A stretch of DNA of 64,000 bases from Pirellulaceae bacterium. Lineage in GTDB: Bacteria > Planctomycetota > Planctomycetia > Pirellulales > Pirellulaceae. The stretch covers positions 2,271 through 66,270 of the forward strand of contig JANOAI010000229.1 in the NCBI GenBank assembly GCA_031411055.1, written 5' to 3'. This document shows, piece after piece, positions 8,577-18,057 of this stretch (the stretch's first letter is position 1; every line of letters starts with the position of its first letter). The notes beneath the pieces are model-generated. The model saw only the letters and a program-made list of their open reading frames with translations, was not told the DNA's origin and did not search any database. Position numbers and translations under genes: made by a program.

Positions 8577-11119
8577 ATAATCGCCAAGGGATTTCGAGGC
8601 TGTTCCATGGTGCCGCGTGTGACGCCGACCCGATTGTCGGCTTTGAGCGCTTTCCAGACTTCACTTCCCGATACCTTTCCGGCGATCAGATCGCGATACA
8701 AACTCAAGAGCCGTCGCACATCAGCTTGCGAAGCATCGTTCAATAGCTCAATGCGGAAATCTCGGACGTTGCCCTGTAGAAGTGAAGGCACCGCTTCAGC
8801 GCCGCTTTGCGCTGTTCCGTTGTAGAGTGTATTGCGACACCCAACATCGGCGTGAAGCACATGCTTCACTCCAATGCGATCTTCGAGCTGGACAGCCAAA
8901 CGATCGCAGGGACGACCGCAGTTTGTTTTATTGGTTCCGGGAGATAGCTCGGTACAAAAAACACAGTGCTCCATATGAAACATGGGGACATGCTGATGGA
9001 TGACGATTTCTAGCCAAGATGCCGGCGTGTGTTGGATGAGCTCTAAAAGCTGATCGCGATTCAGGTCATAGGACACCGTTACACGTTCCAATCCCTGATC
9101 CATGAGCCATTCGGCCGTCAACGGATTGGTAACGTTGAGCGAAAAATCGCCAACCATCGGAATCCGATGTTCGTTGGCATATCGCACGGCGGCAAGATTG
9201 CGGACGAGCCAGCCGTCTGCCGGCTGTTTTGCCAAAGCATGGAACAATCCAAGCTCGCCCGGTTTTTGTATCCGCAAGGTTGCTAAGTAGATCTTCGCTT
9301 GGGCGGATCTCGCCATGGAAACCGCTTGCCGATAGTCACGAATGTCGTTGAATTCGACATACGCTTCGCGACAATTTTCCGATAGCACGGATTCCAACTG
9401 AATCAAGGAACGGCAAAGCACTCGGAGGACGGGGGCAGGCGATACCACGGCTTCCGTTTTGACGGCTGAGAATTTGGATAACATGCGTTCGGCTACGCCG
9501 GCGGCTGCCACGCGCCGTTCGGGTTTCTCCGCCAACCGATTTGAAAGCTGGTCCACCATGGACTTGCGAATCAAGCCAAGTTGGCTGAAGGCAATCATGG
9601 GGCTGCCTTGAATATCGGCCGTGACATCTCGAAGGATGAAGGGTGTACCGCCAAGACGCCCCAGCTGTTCGCGAAGGAGCTCAATGCTCAGAGGATGCCT
9701 GGTTGCTTCGACCAGCGGCGACTGACTTTCGATCTTGAGTTGTTGCTCACCAAACTGGACGGTAACGCAAAGCAACTCGCCGACACGGGCGGAAATCGCA
9801 ACATCAATCGACCGTCGGAAATGAGGCGCCTGACCAGAAAAAGTTGCTTTGAGTTTCTTGGATAAGCGAGGGTCATCGGTTTGCCAGATGTTTTGGCCAG
9901 GATAGAGTTCGGCGTTCCTCATCAAGCCGCGTTCAAACATCCATTCCACGCGACCAGCTTGAGGTACATCCAGGCTTTTCCCTTTCACGAAGACTTCATA
10001 GACTCGCCCACCAACTTCTTGCCCCTTGGCTCGATTTCCTTCAAAGACAACTCCGTCCCCTTTGGCAATTGGATGGGTCAATTCGACGGTGATCCGTTCT
10101 CCGCGTTGTGCGATGACTTTCCCAACTAGGACTCCTCGTTTCGCGCTGCTATTCCCCGGGACAAGTCGCTTATGATTGCACCCTTCTAACCAGCCAGGGG
10201 AAAATCCGCGAGAAAAGCTCATTTCCAATTCTCGCTGCAACTCAAGCGATAACGTTCTAGGTTTTCGCAAAATTGCGGCATCGATCGCCTGGCGATATTG
10301 TCGAACCGTATTGGCGACATACTCGGGTGTTTTGAGTCGCCCTTCAATTTTAAAGGAGGTGACGCCGGCCTCCATCAAGTCGTGAATATGATCGTGGCCG
10401 GCCAGGTCTTGCGGCGAGAGGAAATACTGTGGCGTCTTCCGGTGGAAGGGTAGTTCTGCAGCGTTATTCATGGGTTGAACGTGAAGCTTGTAGTCGAGTC
10501 GACAGGCTTGAGCACATTGCCCGCGATTAGCCGAGCGACCGCCGAGTGACTCGCTCGTTAAACATTGACCGCTATAGGCAACGCATAGCGCCCCATGAAC
10601 AAAGCATTCCAGCGGCATCGAGGTCATGGAACTAATCTTTCGAATTTCGTCGATCGATAGTTCGCGCGCCAAAACGACGCGTTCGATATCAAGTTGTTCA
10701 ATTGCAGCGATCGTCTCAGCCGAGACCATCGTCATCTGCGTGCTCGCATGAATCGATAGATCTGGGGAGATTTCTCGGATCAAGCGGACGGCGCCAATGT
10801 CCTGGACGAGGACTGCATCGACACCAGCTTCTGCTAGTCGACGCACATTCGCTTCGAGTTGCGGAAGTTCATCCGTAAAGACGAGCGTATTGAGCGTGAC
10901 ATAACCTTTTACGCTTCGTTGGCGAAGCAATGTCATCAGCTCTGGAAGATCCTCGAGCGTGAAGTTATCTGCCCGCGCACGGGCGTTGAAGCCAACTTGC
11001 AAGCCGAAGTATATCGCGTCGGCACCATTCTCGATGGCCGCCTTCGCACAATCCCAATTTCCCGCTGGGGCAAGCAGCTCAAGCGCTTTCCCACTGCTGG
11101 ACGAATGACTCGAAGTCAT
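8573..11119 (-). CDS. peptidase U32 family protein (two U32-like modules)
   Basis: 848 aa. The N-terminus is LELLAPAGNWDCAKAAIENGADAIYFGL. The U32 signature-like stretch is ECFVHGALCVAYSGQCLTS. A second module has HMEHCVFC...CGRPCD...GCRNTLYN. Confidence 0.85.
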   Translation of the reverse strand: MTSSHSSSSGKALELLAPAGNWDCAKAAIENGADAIYFGLQVGFNARARADNFTLEDLPELMTLLRQRSVKGYVTLNTLVFTDELPQLEANVRRLAEAGVDAVLVQDIGAVRLIREISPDLSIHASTQMTMVSAETIAAIEQLDIERVVLARELSIDEIRKISSMTSMPLECFVHGALCVAYSGQCLTSESLGGRSANRGQCAQACRLDYKLHVQPMNNAAELPFHRKTPQYFLSPQDLAGHDHIHDLMEAGVTSFKIEGRLKTPEYVANTVRQYRQAIDAAILRKPRTLSLELQRELEMSFSRGFSPGWLEGCNHKRLVPGNSSAKRGVLVGKVIAQRGERITVELTHPIAKGDGVVFEGNRAKGQEVGGRVYEVFVKGKSLDVPQAGRVEWMFERGLMRNAELYPGQNIWQTDDPRLSKKLKATFSGQAPHFRRSIDVAISARVGELLCVTVQFGEQQLKIESQSPLVEATRHPLSIELLREQLGRLGGTPFILRDVTADIQGSPMIAFSQLGLIRKSMVDQLSNRLAEKPERRVAAAGVAERMLSKFSAVKTEAVVSPAPVLRVLCRSLIQLESVLSENCREAYVEFNDIRDYRQAVSMARSAQAKIYLATLRIQKPGELGLFHALAKQPADGWLVRNLAAVRYANEHRIPMVGDFSLNVTNPLTAEWLMDQGLERVTVSYDLNRDQLLELIQHTPASWLEIVIHQHVPMFHMEHCVFCTELSPGTNKTNCGRPCDRLAVQLEDRIGVKHVLHADVGCRNTLYNGTAQSGAEAVPSLLQGNVRDFRIELLNDASQADVRRLLSLYRDLIAGKVSGSEVWKALKADNRVGVTRGTMEQPRNPLAII

Positions 11120-11137
11120 CGGTGCCTACTTTACATT

Positions 11138-11172
11138 AAAAAACAAAGGCCACCTTCGAATCGAAAGTGGCC
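11138..11172 (-). terminator. intrinsic terminator-like hairpin downstream of the giant VWA gene
   Basis: The minus strand reads GGCCACTTTCGATTCGAAGGTGGCC followed by TTTGTTTTTT. It sits about 20 nt upstream of the U32 ATG. Confidence 0.5.
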
Positions 11173-11235
11173 AAAAACAATTGTCGTTTTCGACTTGAGC
11201 CCTCAATCATAGCTCATTTATTGGCTAGCACCAAT

Positions 11236-14200
11236 CTAGAACGATCCACCACCACCAAAACCACCGCCTCCACCACCTCCACCACCGCCACCACCTAGGC
11301 CGCCGCCAGAACTTGAACCACCACCGGTGATGAAGTTAAAGGTATCGATTTGCACGATGTCGAAAAACTGGGGTGGCTGGCCGAATCGAACATAACGACG
11401 ATCGCCTGAAATAACCGCATTGATGAACGGCCAAACTGTACCTTGCGGTAATACGGTGATAATGGGACGGTAACCTACCGCTCCGCGAAACGGGCTAAAT
11501 GGATTTACACCGCTTCCCGAGTTCGCATTCGCCGACAGGCCGGCCAAGAGAGCGCCGAGTTGATTGTTCTGGTTGTTTCCGCCGGCGTTGCCAATTTGTT
11601 GTGCCAGTACGGATCGGCTTGCCGCCAGCTTCTGTGCTTGCGACTTGGCGATTGCAATATCCGCAATTGGAGTCTCACGATGGCCATTCTTGACTGCCAC
11701 TTTGATGAGCGCATCTTTTTCCGCGATCGGAATCTGCTCACGTCGATAGCTTTGTTCAGGTGTTCCAAAGTCGGTAAGGATATCGACAGTCACTTTGCCG
11801 CCAGCGACTTCGCCCCAAATTTTCTCGACCAGAATCCGGTATTCGCCGGAGAAGCCTTGCGGACAAGCATAGGTCTCCGAGAAACCTTCCTCGGAGTTTT
11901 TTATATTGGAGTTGCCGTCATTCAGCAAAATTCCCCCGCTCAAGGTACGAGAGTTGGAGAGTGAACAAATGGTGCCGGACGGTTCTTCGACAGAAACATC
12001 AACGTCGGCTTTGCCGGTCCAACTGATGCGAACCACTAAGTCGCGCTTCATGGCGTTCTTCACGGCATCTTGGAAGATTTTTGCTTCAACAATGCGACTG
12101 TCGCGAGTCATGCGGATGAGGGTACTCTTCGCGGCGAGTTCGGCTGTTTCAACCAGTTTCATCTGGTCGTCTGGCCAAGCTTGCGATAAGACACCGACAC
12201 ATGTCCACTTAACGGATTCAACATCCTGAAGTTGAATGGCCAATGGCAAGGCGAGTTCATAAATGTCAGCGCGAAGTGGTTGGCATCTGGCAGCGTCACG
12301 GAGAACGAGCAAGGCTTCTTGAGGCATTCCATGCTTAGCGAGATACTTACCAATCTTGATCGCATCTTCAACATCACCGCTAAAATCGACGGCTGACAAG
12401 AGGACACGACGAATATCCGACGCTGGATATTCACAGACTTGCATGGACAAGCTCAGGGCTTCATACATCCAAGGTTGAGGAACGCCCTTGCGAAGGGCGA
12501 GGCTTACCATGTCGATAATGACTTGGAACTGAGGCTTGAGTTCCGTTGTTTTGCCTTGGGCCAACAAGCTCTTAGCGTGACTTAGTTGTTGATTGATTTG
12601 CTTGGTAAAGTCTTTTTCTAATCGTTCACGCTTCTGAGGATCGACGGTTGCGAGAATCTTGTCGAGCAGTTCGGTCGTTGCAACCACGTCGATTGCGTGG
12701 CTCGGTGAACCCGCTTTGGAAGTTGTGCTGGACTCCGTTTTAGAAGGCTCGTCGGAAACAGCAAACATACCACCTCCGCCTCCGCCGCCCATGCCTCCCA
12801 TGCCTCCACCACCCATGCCGCCCATGCCACCACCACCCATGCCGCCACCACCCATGCCGCCACCGCCCATACCGCCACCACCCATACCACCACCCATGCC
12901 GCCGCCCATACCGCCGCCGCCCATCGGTGGGAGTACAGGGATCACCAAATCACCGACTGGATAAATACGAAGTACTCGCGATTTGCCATTTTCTTTCGTT
13001 GTGATTTTCATGACTTCATCGTCGATAATGTAAGTCAATTCGAGCGGGTCAAGAATCAATCGCAATGCAGAACTCAGTGAGATTTCTGGAATGCCAGTCA
13101 GGGTAATCGGGTCTTCCGGCGTAGCAGTTCCACCTTCCATTGCGATCGTGTCGAGAATGATCGGAATCTGCTTTTCCGTAGCAATCGTTTCGATAGCCGT
13201 TTTGAGAGGCGTATTGGAAAATTCTGGCTTGATGTTTGTCTTCAATGAATCGTAAATGCGTTTCTCGTTGGGACTTGTACCGGCAGAAAGATCGATCGAG
13301 CCGTATCGTTCCAATCGCTTGGCGGAAAGAGCTCGCCAAACATCAGCTGGGGGATAAACCACGGGTGGATCGTCGGCAAAAGGAATGCCTGCCTTGTCGG
13401 CCAAAAGCATGGAATCAATAAAGCCTCGGCGTTTTTCGTAAATGAGATCTTGGATCGTGCGATAATTGGAGGCCAAAGAGGATTCGACTTCGACGATTCG
13501 AGCAATGGTCGACAGTGGCATCATTTCGTTGATAACGGGAGCAATTTCTGAGTTCGCTTGCTCGTACAATTGTTCCGACAGCAAAGCGTTAAATCGCTCG
13601 ACCAATTGTTGTACGGCAGCAGTGTTGCGTTCGTTTTCGGCCAAAATACGTTCGGTTGAGGAGGCGTTGGCAGCTACTTCTTCGACTCGAGCGGCTTGGT
13701 CACGATAGATGGCGGACTTGCGGCTAGCCGTTTCGATCGTCGACCGGACGGTTGCTTCTAGTTTGGCACGGACTCCTGGTTCAAGATCGGAAGCCCGACG
13801 AACGTCGCTCAACAAAAGCTTAAGCGATCCTTCGGCACCCACCGGATCGCGAGCAATACCCGCCTCGGCTTCACGCAATCGAGCGCGGGTTGCCGTTTCA
13901 AATTGCTCGGCTCGCAAGCGTCGCAAACCTTCTTCTCGCGACAGTAAGTCACCAGCTGATGCGAGTTCACTCAAACCATCGAGCGACCCGCCCGAAACAG
14001 ACGGCACGGCCACGGGTGCCGAAGTCGATGGGAAAGCAGGAATAGTAGAGGAAGCAGGAATTTGTACCGGAGCAGGCTGGGCTCCCGAGGGGAGTGTTTC
14101 AGGGACGGTTGTTACTTCCGCTGGAACAGGTGTCCCAAAAATATCAACCTGGGTAGTTTGAATAAACTTGGTTTTGCGAGGCAAGCTGGCCGCGTCCTGT

Positions 14201-15396
14201 TTTTGTTGAGCGGCATCGCGAAGACTCTGCGCTTCAGCATTGTTCGGGTCGCGAGCTAAAGCTTCATCGGCCAACCGAAGGGCGCTGTTGGTATCGCCAC
14301 TCTGCAATGCAAAGCGACCATTTGAGACGAGTGCTTTTGCACTGTCCATGAATACAACACTCAGACCTTGCAAGGCGTCCGATCCAGCTGTCGGAAGATA
14401 TAAACCTTCATCGGATTTGGATTTAGTGACGACACCCTGCAAGAAACCGAAATCGAGACTGTTGGCTTCTTTTGTGACTTGCCATTCAATTTTTTGCGCA
14501 ACGCCATTGATCTGTCCTTCAAGGGCGATTGTTACTTGGTGATTGTTGAACGCCTTCGGATTCATGCCGATCAGCACCGAATCACGATCCGAGCGAAGCG
14601 GCGGGATGGCTTTTGGAAAATGAGTGTCTAGCTCTTCTGGCAACTGGCTGGTGGTAACCCAGAAGACGGGCTCCATTGCAGCGAGGGCTAAACCTTGGCC
14701 GATTTGCTGAGTCGATGCCTGAATGTTGTCTCGAACAAAAATTCGACCGCCAGTGTGATTGGCAATGGCTGCAAGACCATCCACGTTCAGGACCGGTCCA
14801 ATCGCTAGGCTCGTAACGCTGATCTTTGATTCCACCAACTGAGCAACTAACGATTTGAATTCGTCGCGATTCAGCACATGACTTCGTGCGACACCGTCAC
14901 CGATATAAACAATCGATGCGTTCGGTTCGTTTCTCAGAGTCCGGCATCCAAATCGAAACGCCGCTTCCAAATCGGTCGTTCCAAGCGGAAGTCGCTCGTC
15001 AAGTTTCTGAAATGCATCGCTAACCTCACGGCTCTTCGAAGCATGAAGACCGCCCGATAGATCGTGAGTTTCGACATCACACGCCGCAATCGCAACCTTC
15101 GCGTTGGCAGGCAAACCGTTCGTCAGTTCCCGAACGATGGCTAGTGAGTCGATTCGAGTCTGCCCCGTTTGCGATGCAGAAGTGTCGAGCAAAATCACGA
15201 CACTCGGAGGCAACGCAGGAGCCATCGACTTGACGTCGGCTTGTAAACACAAGGCAAAATAGGCATCACCAGAGTTGGCTTCGAAGGTGGCCAGTCTGGC
15301 TGCTGAACCTGTTCGAGCATCGAGCGCCATCGCATTACCTGCAATGACTCCTACCCAACCAGCGACCACCCAACCAAACCATTGAAAGCGTGACAT
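11236..15396 (-). CDS. giant secreted VWA / TPR / STN-like / Gly-Met-repeat / DUF2135-like protein with poly-Gly tail
   Basis: The track ORF is 1397 aa from TTG 15429. I prefer ATG 15396 (MSRFQWFGWVVAGWVGVIAGNAMA signal peptide, AGAAGG upstream). It has a MIDAS-like VVILLDTSAS, a TPR stretch (ALRLADEALARDPNNAEAQSL), and an STN-like stretch (TPLKTAIETIATEKQIPIILD...LRLILDPLELTYIIDDEVMKITTKE, then RIYPVGDLVIPV). A (GGGM)n run follows. The DUF2135-like part is RISWTGKADVDVSVEEPSGTICS...GGILLNDG...GEYRILVEKIWG. The end is DRRYVRFGQPPQFFDIVQIDTFNF plus a poly-Gly tail. Confidence 0.7.
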   Translation of the reverse strand: MSRFQWFGWVVAGWVGVIAGNAMALDARTGSAARLATFEANSGDAYFALCLQADVKSMAPALPPSVVILLDTSASQTGQTRIDSLAIVRELTNGLPANAKVAIAACDVETHDLSGGLHASKSREVSDAFQKLDERLPLGTTDLEAAFRFGCRTLRNEPNASIVYIGDGVARSHVLNRDEFKSLVAQLVESKISVTSLAIGPVLNVDGLAAIANHTGGRIFVRDNIQASTQQIGQGLALAAMEPVFWVTTSQLPEELDTHFPKAIPPLRSDRDSVLIGMNPKAFNNHQVTIALEGQINGVAQKIEWQVTKEANSLDFGFLQGVVTKSKSDEGLYLPTAGSDALQGLSVVFMDSAKALVSNGRFALQSGDTNSALRLADEALARDPNNAEAQSLRDAAQQKQDAASLPRKTKFIQTTQVDIFGTPVPAEVTTVPETLPSGAQPAPVQIPASSTIPAFPSTSAPVAVPSVSGGSLDGLSELASAGDLLSREEGLRRLRAEQFETATRARLREAEAGIARDPVGAEGSLKLLLSDVRRASDLEPGVRAKLEATVRSTIETASRKSAIYRDQAARVEEVAANASSTERILAENERNTAAVQQLVERFNALLSEQLYEQANSEIAPVINEMMPLSTIARIVEVESSLASNYRTIQDLIYEKRRGFIDSMLLADKAGIPFADDPPVVYPPADVWRALSAKRLERYGSIDLSAGTSPNEKRIYDSLKTNIKPEFSNTPLKTAIETIATEKQIPIILDTIAMEGGTATPEDPITLTGIPEISLSSALRLILDPLELTYIIDDEVMKITTKENGKSRVLRIYPVGDLVIPVLPPMGGGGMGGGMGGGMGGGGMGGGGMGGGGMGGGGMGGMGGGGMGGMGGGGGGGMFAVSDEPSKTESSTTSKAGSPSHAIDVVATTELLDKILATVDPQKRERLEKDFTKQINQQLSHAKSLLAQGKTTELKPQFQVIIDMVSLALRKGVPQPWMYEALSLSMQVCEYPASDIRRVLLSAVDFSGDVEDAIKIGKYLAKHGMPQEALLVLRDAARCQPLRADIYELALPLAIQLQDVESVKWTCVGVLSQAWPDDQMKLVETAELAAKSTLIRMTRDSRIVEAKIFQDAVKNAMKRDLVVRISWTGKADVDVSVEEPSGTICSLSNSRTLSGGILLNDGNSNIKNSEEGFSETYACPQGFSGEYRILVEKIWGEVAGGKVTVDILTDFGTPEQSYRREQIPIAEKDALIKVAVKNGHRETPIADIAIAKSQAQKLAASRSVLAQQIGNAGGNNQNNQLGALLAGLSANANSGSGVNPFSPFRGAVGYRPIITVLPQGTVWPFINAVISGDRRYVRFGQPPQFFDIVQIDTFNFITGGGSSSGGGLGGGGGGGGGGGGFGGGGSF
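11239..11325 (-). repeat. coding poly-Gly C-terminal tail
   Basis: It encodes GGGSSSGGGLGGGGGGGGGGGGFGGGGSF immediately before the stop codon. Confidence 0.9.
12766..12924 (-). repeat. coding low-complexity repeat (GGGM/GGGGM)n
   Basis: The plus strand shows iterated cccatgcc(g/a)cc(a/g)cc units. These encode PPMGGGGMGGGMGGGMGGGGMGGGGMGGGGMGGGGMGGMGGGGMGGMGGGGGGGMF. Confidence 0.9.
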
Positions 15397-15885
15397 AACC
15401 AAAACCTTCTCTCGGGAGAGATCTATCAAATTCCATGCGTAATCGGCTTTTCAAAACAAAAAGACGACCAATTACAAGTTTATTCCAACCAACTCACCAA
15501 TCCACCCGGAACCCTCCAAATTCGGCGGTTTCCTGGCGAAAAGGAAGGTTTTTGAAGGTTTGTCCACCTCGCAAAACCCGCCAACAGGTATCTGACAGCA
15601 AACAACGGGCCAAACAGGATTTGGACCTCAAACACAGATGATTTGCAGTTTCATCGCGTGAAAGATGCGAAAAATCAACCTGCTTTTACGAGAAAAACCC
15701 TGTTTTGTTCGATTTTGCAACGCTGGAGGCTTCGTCCGACAGCAAAGCAAACGGGACGACTGATAAGCAAACATCAACCTCAAACAGCCGCACTCGAAAC
15801 CGAATTTCGAATGCGACCATTGATCTCGACCGAGCACTCCATCGCCCATCCGCGTGACGAATAAGTCTTAACCAATCCAACTTGC

Positions 15886-17844
15886 CTACTTCTTCAACAT
15901 ATCCTGAATGGCGACTTCCATATTGGGGGTGTAATGTGAGCTCGCTTCGACAACGACCCCGGTGCTGTCGATGATGATTGTGACGGGGAGCGAAAAAACC
16001 CCCAGTCCAACGGCAAGTCGGCTTTGTAGGCCACCCTTTTCGTGCAGCTGAACCCAATCGATGTTCTTGTTTTCCTTGAGAAACTGAATCGCCGAAGACG
16101 CGTCGTTGTCGGCATTCACGCCGACGATGGTAAGGCCGGCTTTGGCGTATTTCGTCTGAAGTTTCTTCAACTCTTGCATGTCCGCTTTGCAAGGGACACA
16201 CCAAGATGCCCAGTAGTGAACAACAACGGGCCGCTTGAGTTTAGCCGAAGAGAATTGTTTCCCTTCTAGGGTTGTTCCCGCAAAGTCGATCTGCCGGCCT
16301 TTTAGGTTAAGCCGGAGCATTGCTCCGTTGGCCTGCTCGCCTTGCGGAGTCTTTGGAAAGCGCTTCTCTACCAATTCGTACCACTTCTCAGCGGCCTTCA
16401 AGTCGTTGGTGAGCTCCGAGTTGAGGCCCAATTGAATCATCGCGTCTGCCGAATCGATACTTTCTGGAAATTCTTTGACAAATGATTCGAGCTTTTCCAA
16501 ATGCGCTTTTTGCACCGCTTCGTAGTTCACGTTCTTGTCCGACATCGCGACGTTGTACTCGGCGGTAAGAATACGATAAGCAACATACGGCAATTCGGAT
16601 TTTGCACCCGGAATCGTACGGATCGCAACTTGAAGCTTGCTGAGTCGATCGACCCCTCCCGGGTATTCGCCTGATTGCGTTGCCGATAGGATCTGGTCAG
16701 CGAATTGTCGCGTCCACGATTGAGCGTCGTCGAGCGTCGTCGAGCTGTCGATCAATTGCTGTAAAATATCGGCTTTCTGTGCATGCAATCGCGGCTTTTC
16801 ATCGGCTTTGGCCTGTTCTAGTTTTGCTTCGACAGCGCTCATCGCTTCAATCAATTTTTCCATCGAAGCCGACATGGCTCCAGCTCCAGAGCCATCACGC
16901 GAAGTAGGTGATGAAGCGAAGAAGATTCCGCTCTCGCTGACATTTGTCCCGTCGGTTGCAAATCGTGGGACGTCGATAAGTTTCCATGCGTCATCCACTT
17001 TGATCAGCGTTCCGATCATCAGTTGTTGCGGTGGACCACTGCTGCCGTTATCGATTGCGGCCATTGCATTCTCATAGGCAACAATATCTTTGGTCGATTC
17101 ATCGGTTCCGGCAGGGACGATTCCGGGCTTATCAGCACCGAAACTTGCCCAACGACTTTTCTCATTGAGGCCCTTCGAGCTCTTGACGAGCGCCTTGAAT
17201 CCTTCAACCGAGCTTTCGACACGTTTGACAAGCTCAGATGCTTTGTTGGACCCGATGCCAATGGATTGAATCTGGTCTCCGGAAATAAGTAGCCGCTCAA
17301 ACCGTTTGATGTCGCCTGTGCGTAACGCTTCAACGACTTCGTAGCTCGCTTCTTCTGCGGAGATCACCTTCCACTGGTCGAGGGTCCCGTCTTGATCGCG
17401 GTCAATTCCCCACCTCATCCCGGACGTTCCCAGCCACCGCGATTGGTCTACTTTATTGTCGAAATCGGTATCCATGTCCCGATAGGACTCAATTCCATCT
17501 TTGTAAAAGCAGAATTGATCAATACTTTTGTCAGCGTTTGTATCGGCAAGCCACCGTAATGGCTGATTATTTGCCGACAAAATGAGGAGCCCCTGAACGC
17601 CATTTCGGGTTTCATACCGACCCGTACAGTTCAGAATGTCGGCTTTTTCGACTTTGTCGTACTGGGTGTCGACCTGCTTTGGAGTCCGTTCAAGCCCTTT
17701 TGCGACCAGCTGCGGGTCGACGTTTGCCGCCTGAAGCACGGCGGCTCCAGAAGCGATGAAACTCACCCAGCCCGCGAGGGCGAAGCGAATATTCCTAGCA
17801 AAATACGCGGTGGAACGATCGGAAATAACGGCACATCTTGTCAT
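15886..17844 (-). CDS. TlpA/ResA-like thiol-disulfide oxidoreductase with N-terminal Asp-rich (Ca-binding-like) and TPR-like regions
   Basis: 652 aa. The C-terminal thioredoxin fold is VVVHYWASWCVPCKADMQELKKL...GLTIVGVNAD...LPVTIIID (CxxC = CVPC). The N-terminal repeats are DTNADKSIDQ, DMDTDFDNKVDQ and DRDQDGTLDQ. A signal-like N-terminus is present. Confidence 0.75.
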   Translation of the reverse strand: MTRCAVISDRSTAYFARNIRFALAGWVSFIASGAAVLQAANVDPQLVAKGLERTPKQVDTQYDKVEKADILNCTGRYETRNGVQGLLILSANNQPLRWLADTNADKSIDQFCFYKDGIESYRDMDTDFDNKVDQSRWLGTSGMRWGIDRDQDGTLDQWKVISAEEASYEVVEALRTGDIKRFERLLISGDQIQSIGIGSNKASELVKRVESSVEGFKALVKSSKGLNEKSRWASFGADKPGIVPAGTDESTKDIVAYENAMAAIDNGSSGPPQQLMIGTLIKVDDAWKLIDVPRFATDGTNVSESGIFFASSPTSRDGSGAGAMSASMEKLIEAMSAVEAKLEQAKADEKPRLHAQKADILQQLIDSSTTLDDAQSWTRQFADQILSATQSGEYPGGVDRLSKLQVAIRTIPGAKSELPYVAYRILTAEYNVAMSDKNVNYEAVQKAHLEKLESFVKEFPESIDSADAMIQLGLNSELTNDLKAAEKWYELVEKRFPKTPQGEQANGAMLRLNLKGRQIDFAGTTLEGKQFSSAKLKRPVVVHYWASWCVPCKADMQELKKLQTKYAKAGLTIVGVNADNDASSAIQFLKENKNIDWVQLHEKGGLQSRLAVGLGVFSLPVTIIIDSTGVVVEASSHYTPNMEVAIQDMLKK

Positions 17845-17893
17845 TGATCAGCAGCTCCTTGCTTAAGTACACCAAGATGGATGTCGAACGCGG

Positions 17894-17921
17894 TTGACAT
17901 GCCCGAACCTTTGGCTACATT
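17894..17921 (+). promoter_or_regulatory. sigma70-like promoter candidate for the tRNA pair
   Basis: TTGACA (17894-17899), a 16-nt spacer, then TACATT (17916-17921). It lies about 60 nt upstream of tRNA-Ile. Confidence 0.4.
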
Positions 17922-17983
17922 TGCCAGTCTACCTGATCGGCGGGAGTTTATCCAAGACCAACCGATGCGAGAAGGAAACGCCC

Positions 17984-18057
17984 GCGCGCGTAGCTCAGTT
18001 GGTTAGAGCGCGTCGCTGATAACGACGAGGTCCCCGGTTCGAATCCAGGCGCGCGCA
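17984..18057 (+). tRNA. tRNA-Ile (anticodon GAT)
   Basis: Hand-folded cloverleaf. The acceptor stem is GCGCGCG/CGCGCGC, the D stem GCTC/GAGC and the anticodon stem CGTCG/CGACG with loop CTGATAA. The T loop is TTCGAAT, and the T stem has one C-A mismatch. No CCA is encoded. Confidence 0.9.

Noticed and set aside
12618-12964. ORFs encoding PPPPMPPMPPPP (101 aa, plus strand) and VVWVVAVWAVAAW (91 aa, minus strand).
   Set aside because: They are alternative-frame and antisense read-outs of the Gly-Met repeat inside the 1386-aa gene, so they are compositional artefacts.
15430-15885. ORFs 15435..15641, 15628..15849, 15643..15864 and 15686..16204 in and around the gap between the TlpA-like and giant genes.
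   Set aside because: They are mutually overlapping and low-complexity (Arg/Lys/Gln-rich), and one overlaps the thioredoxin domain coding region. They are more likely the 5' UTR or promoter region of the giant gene.
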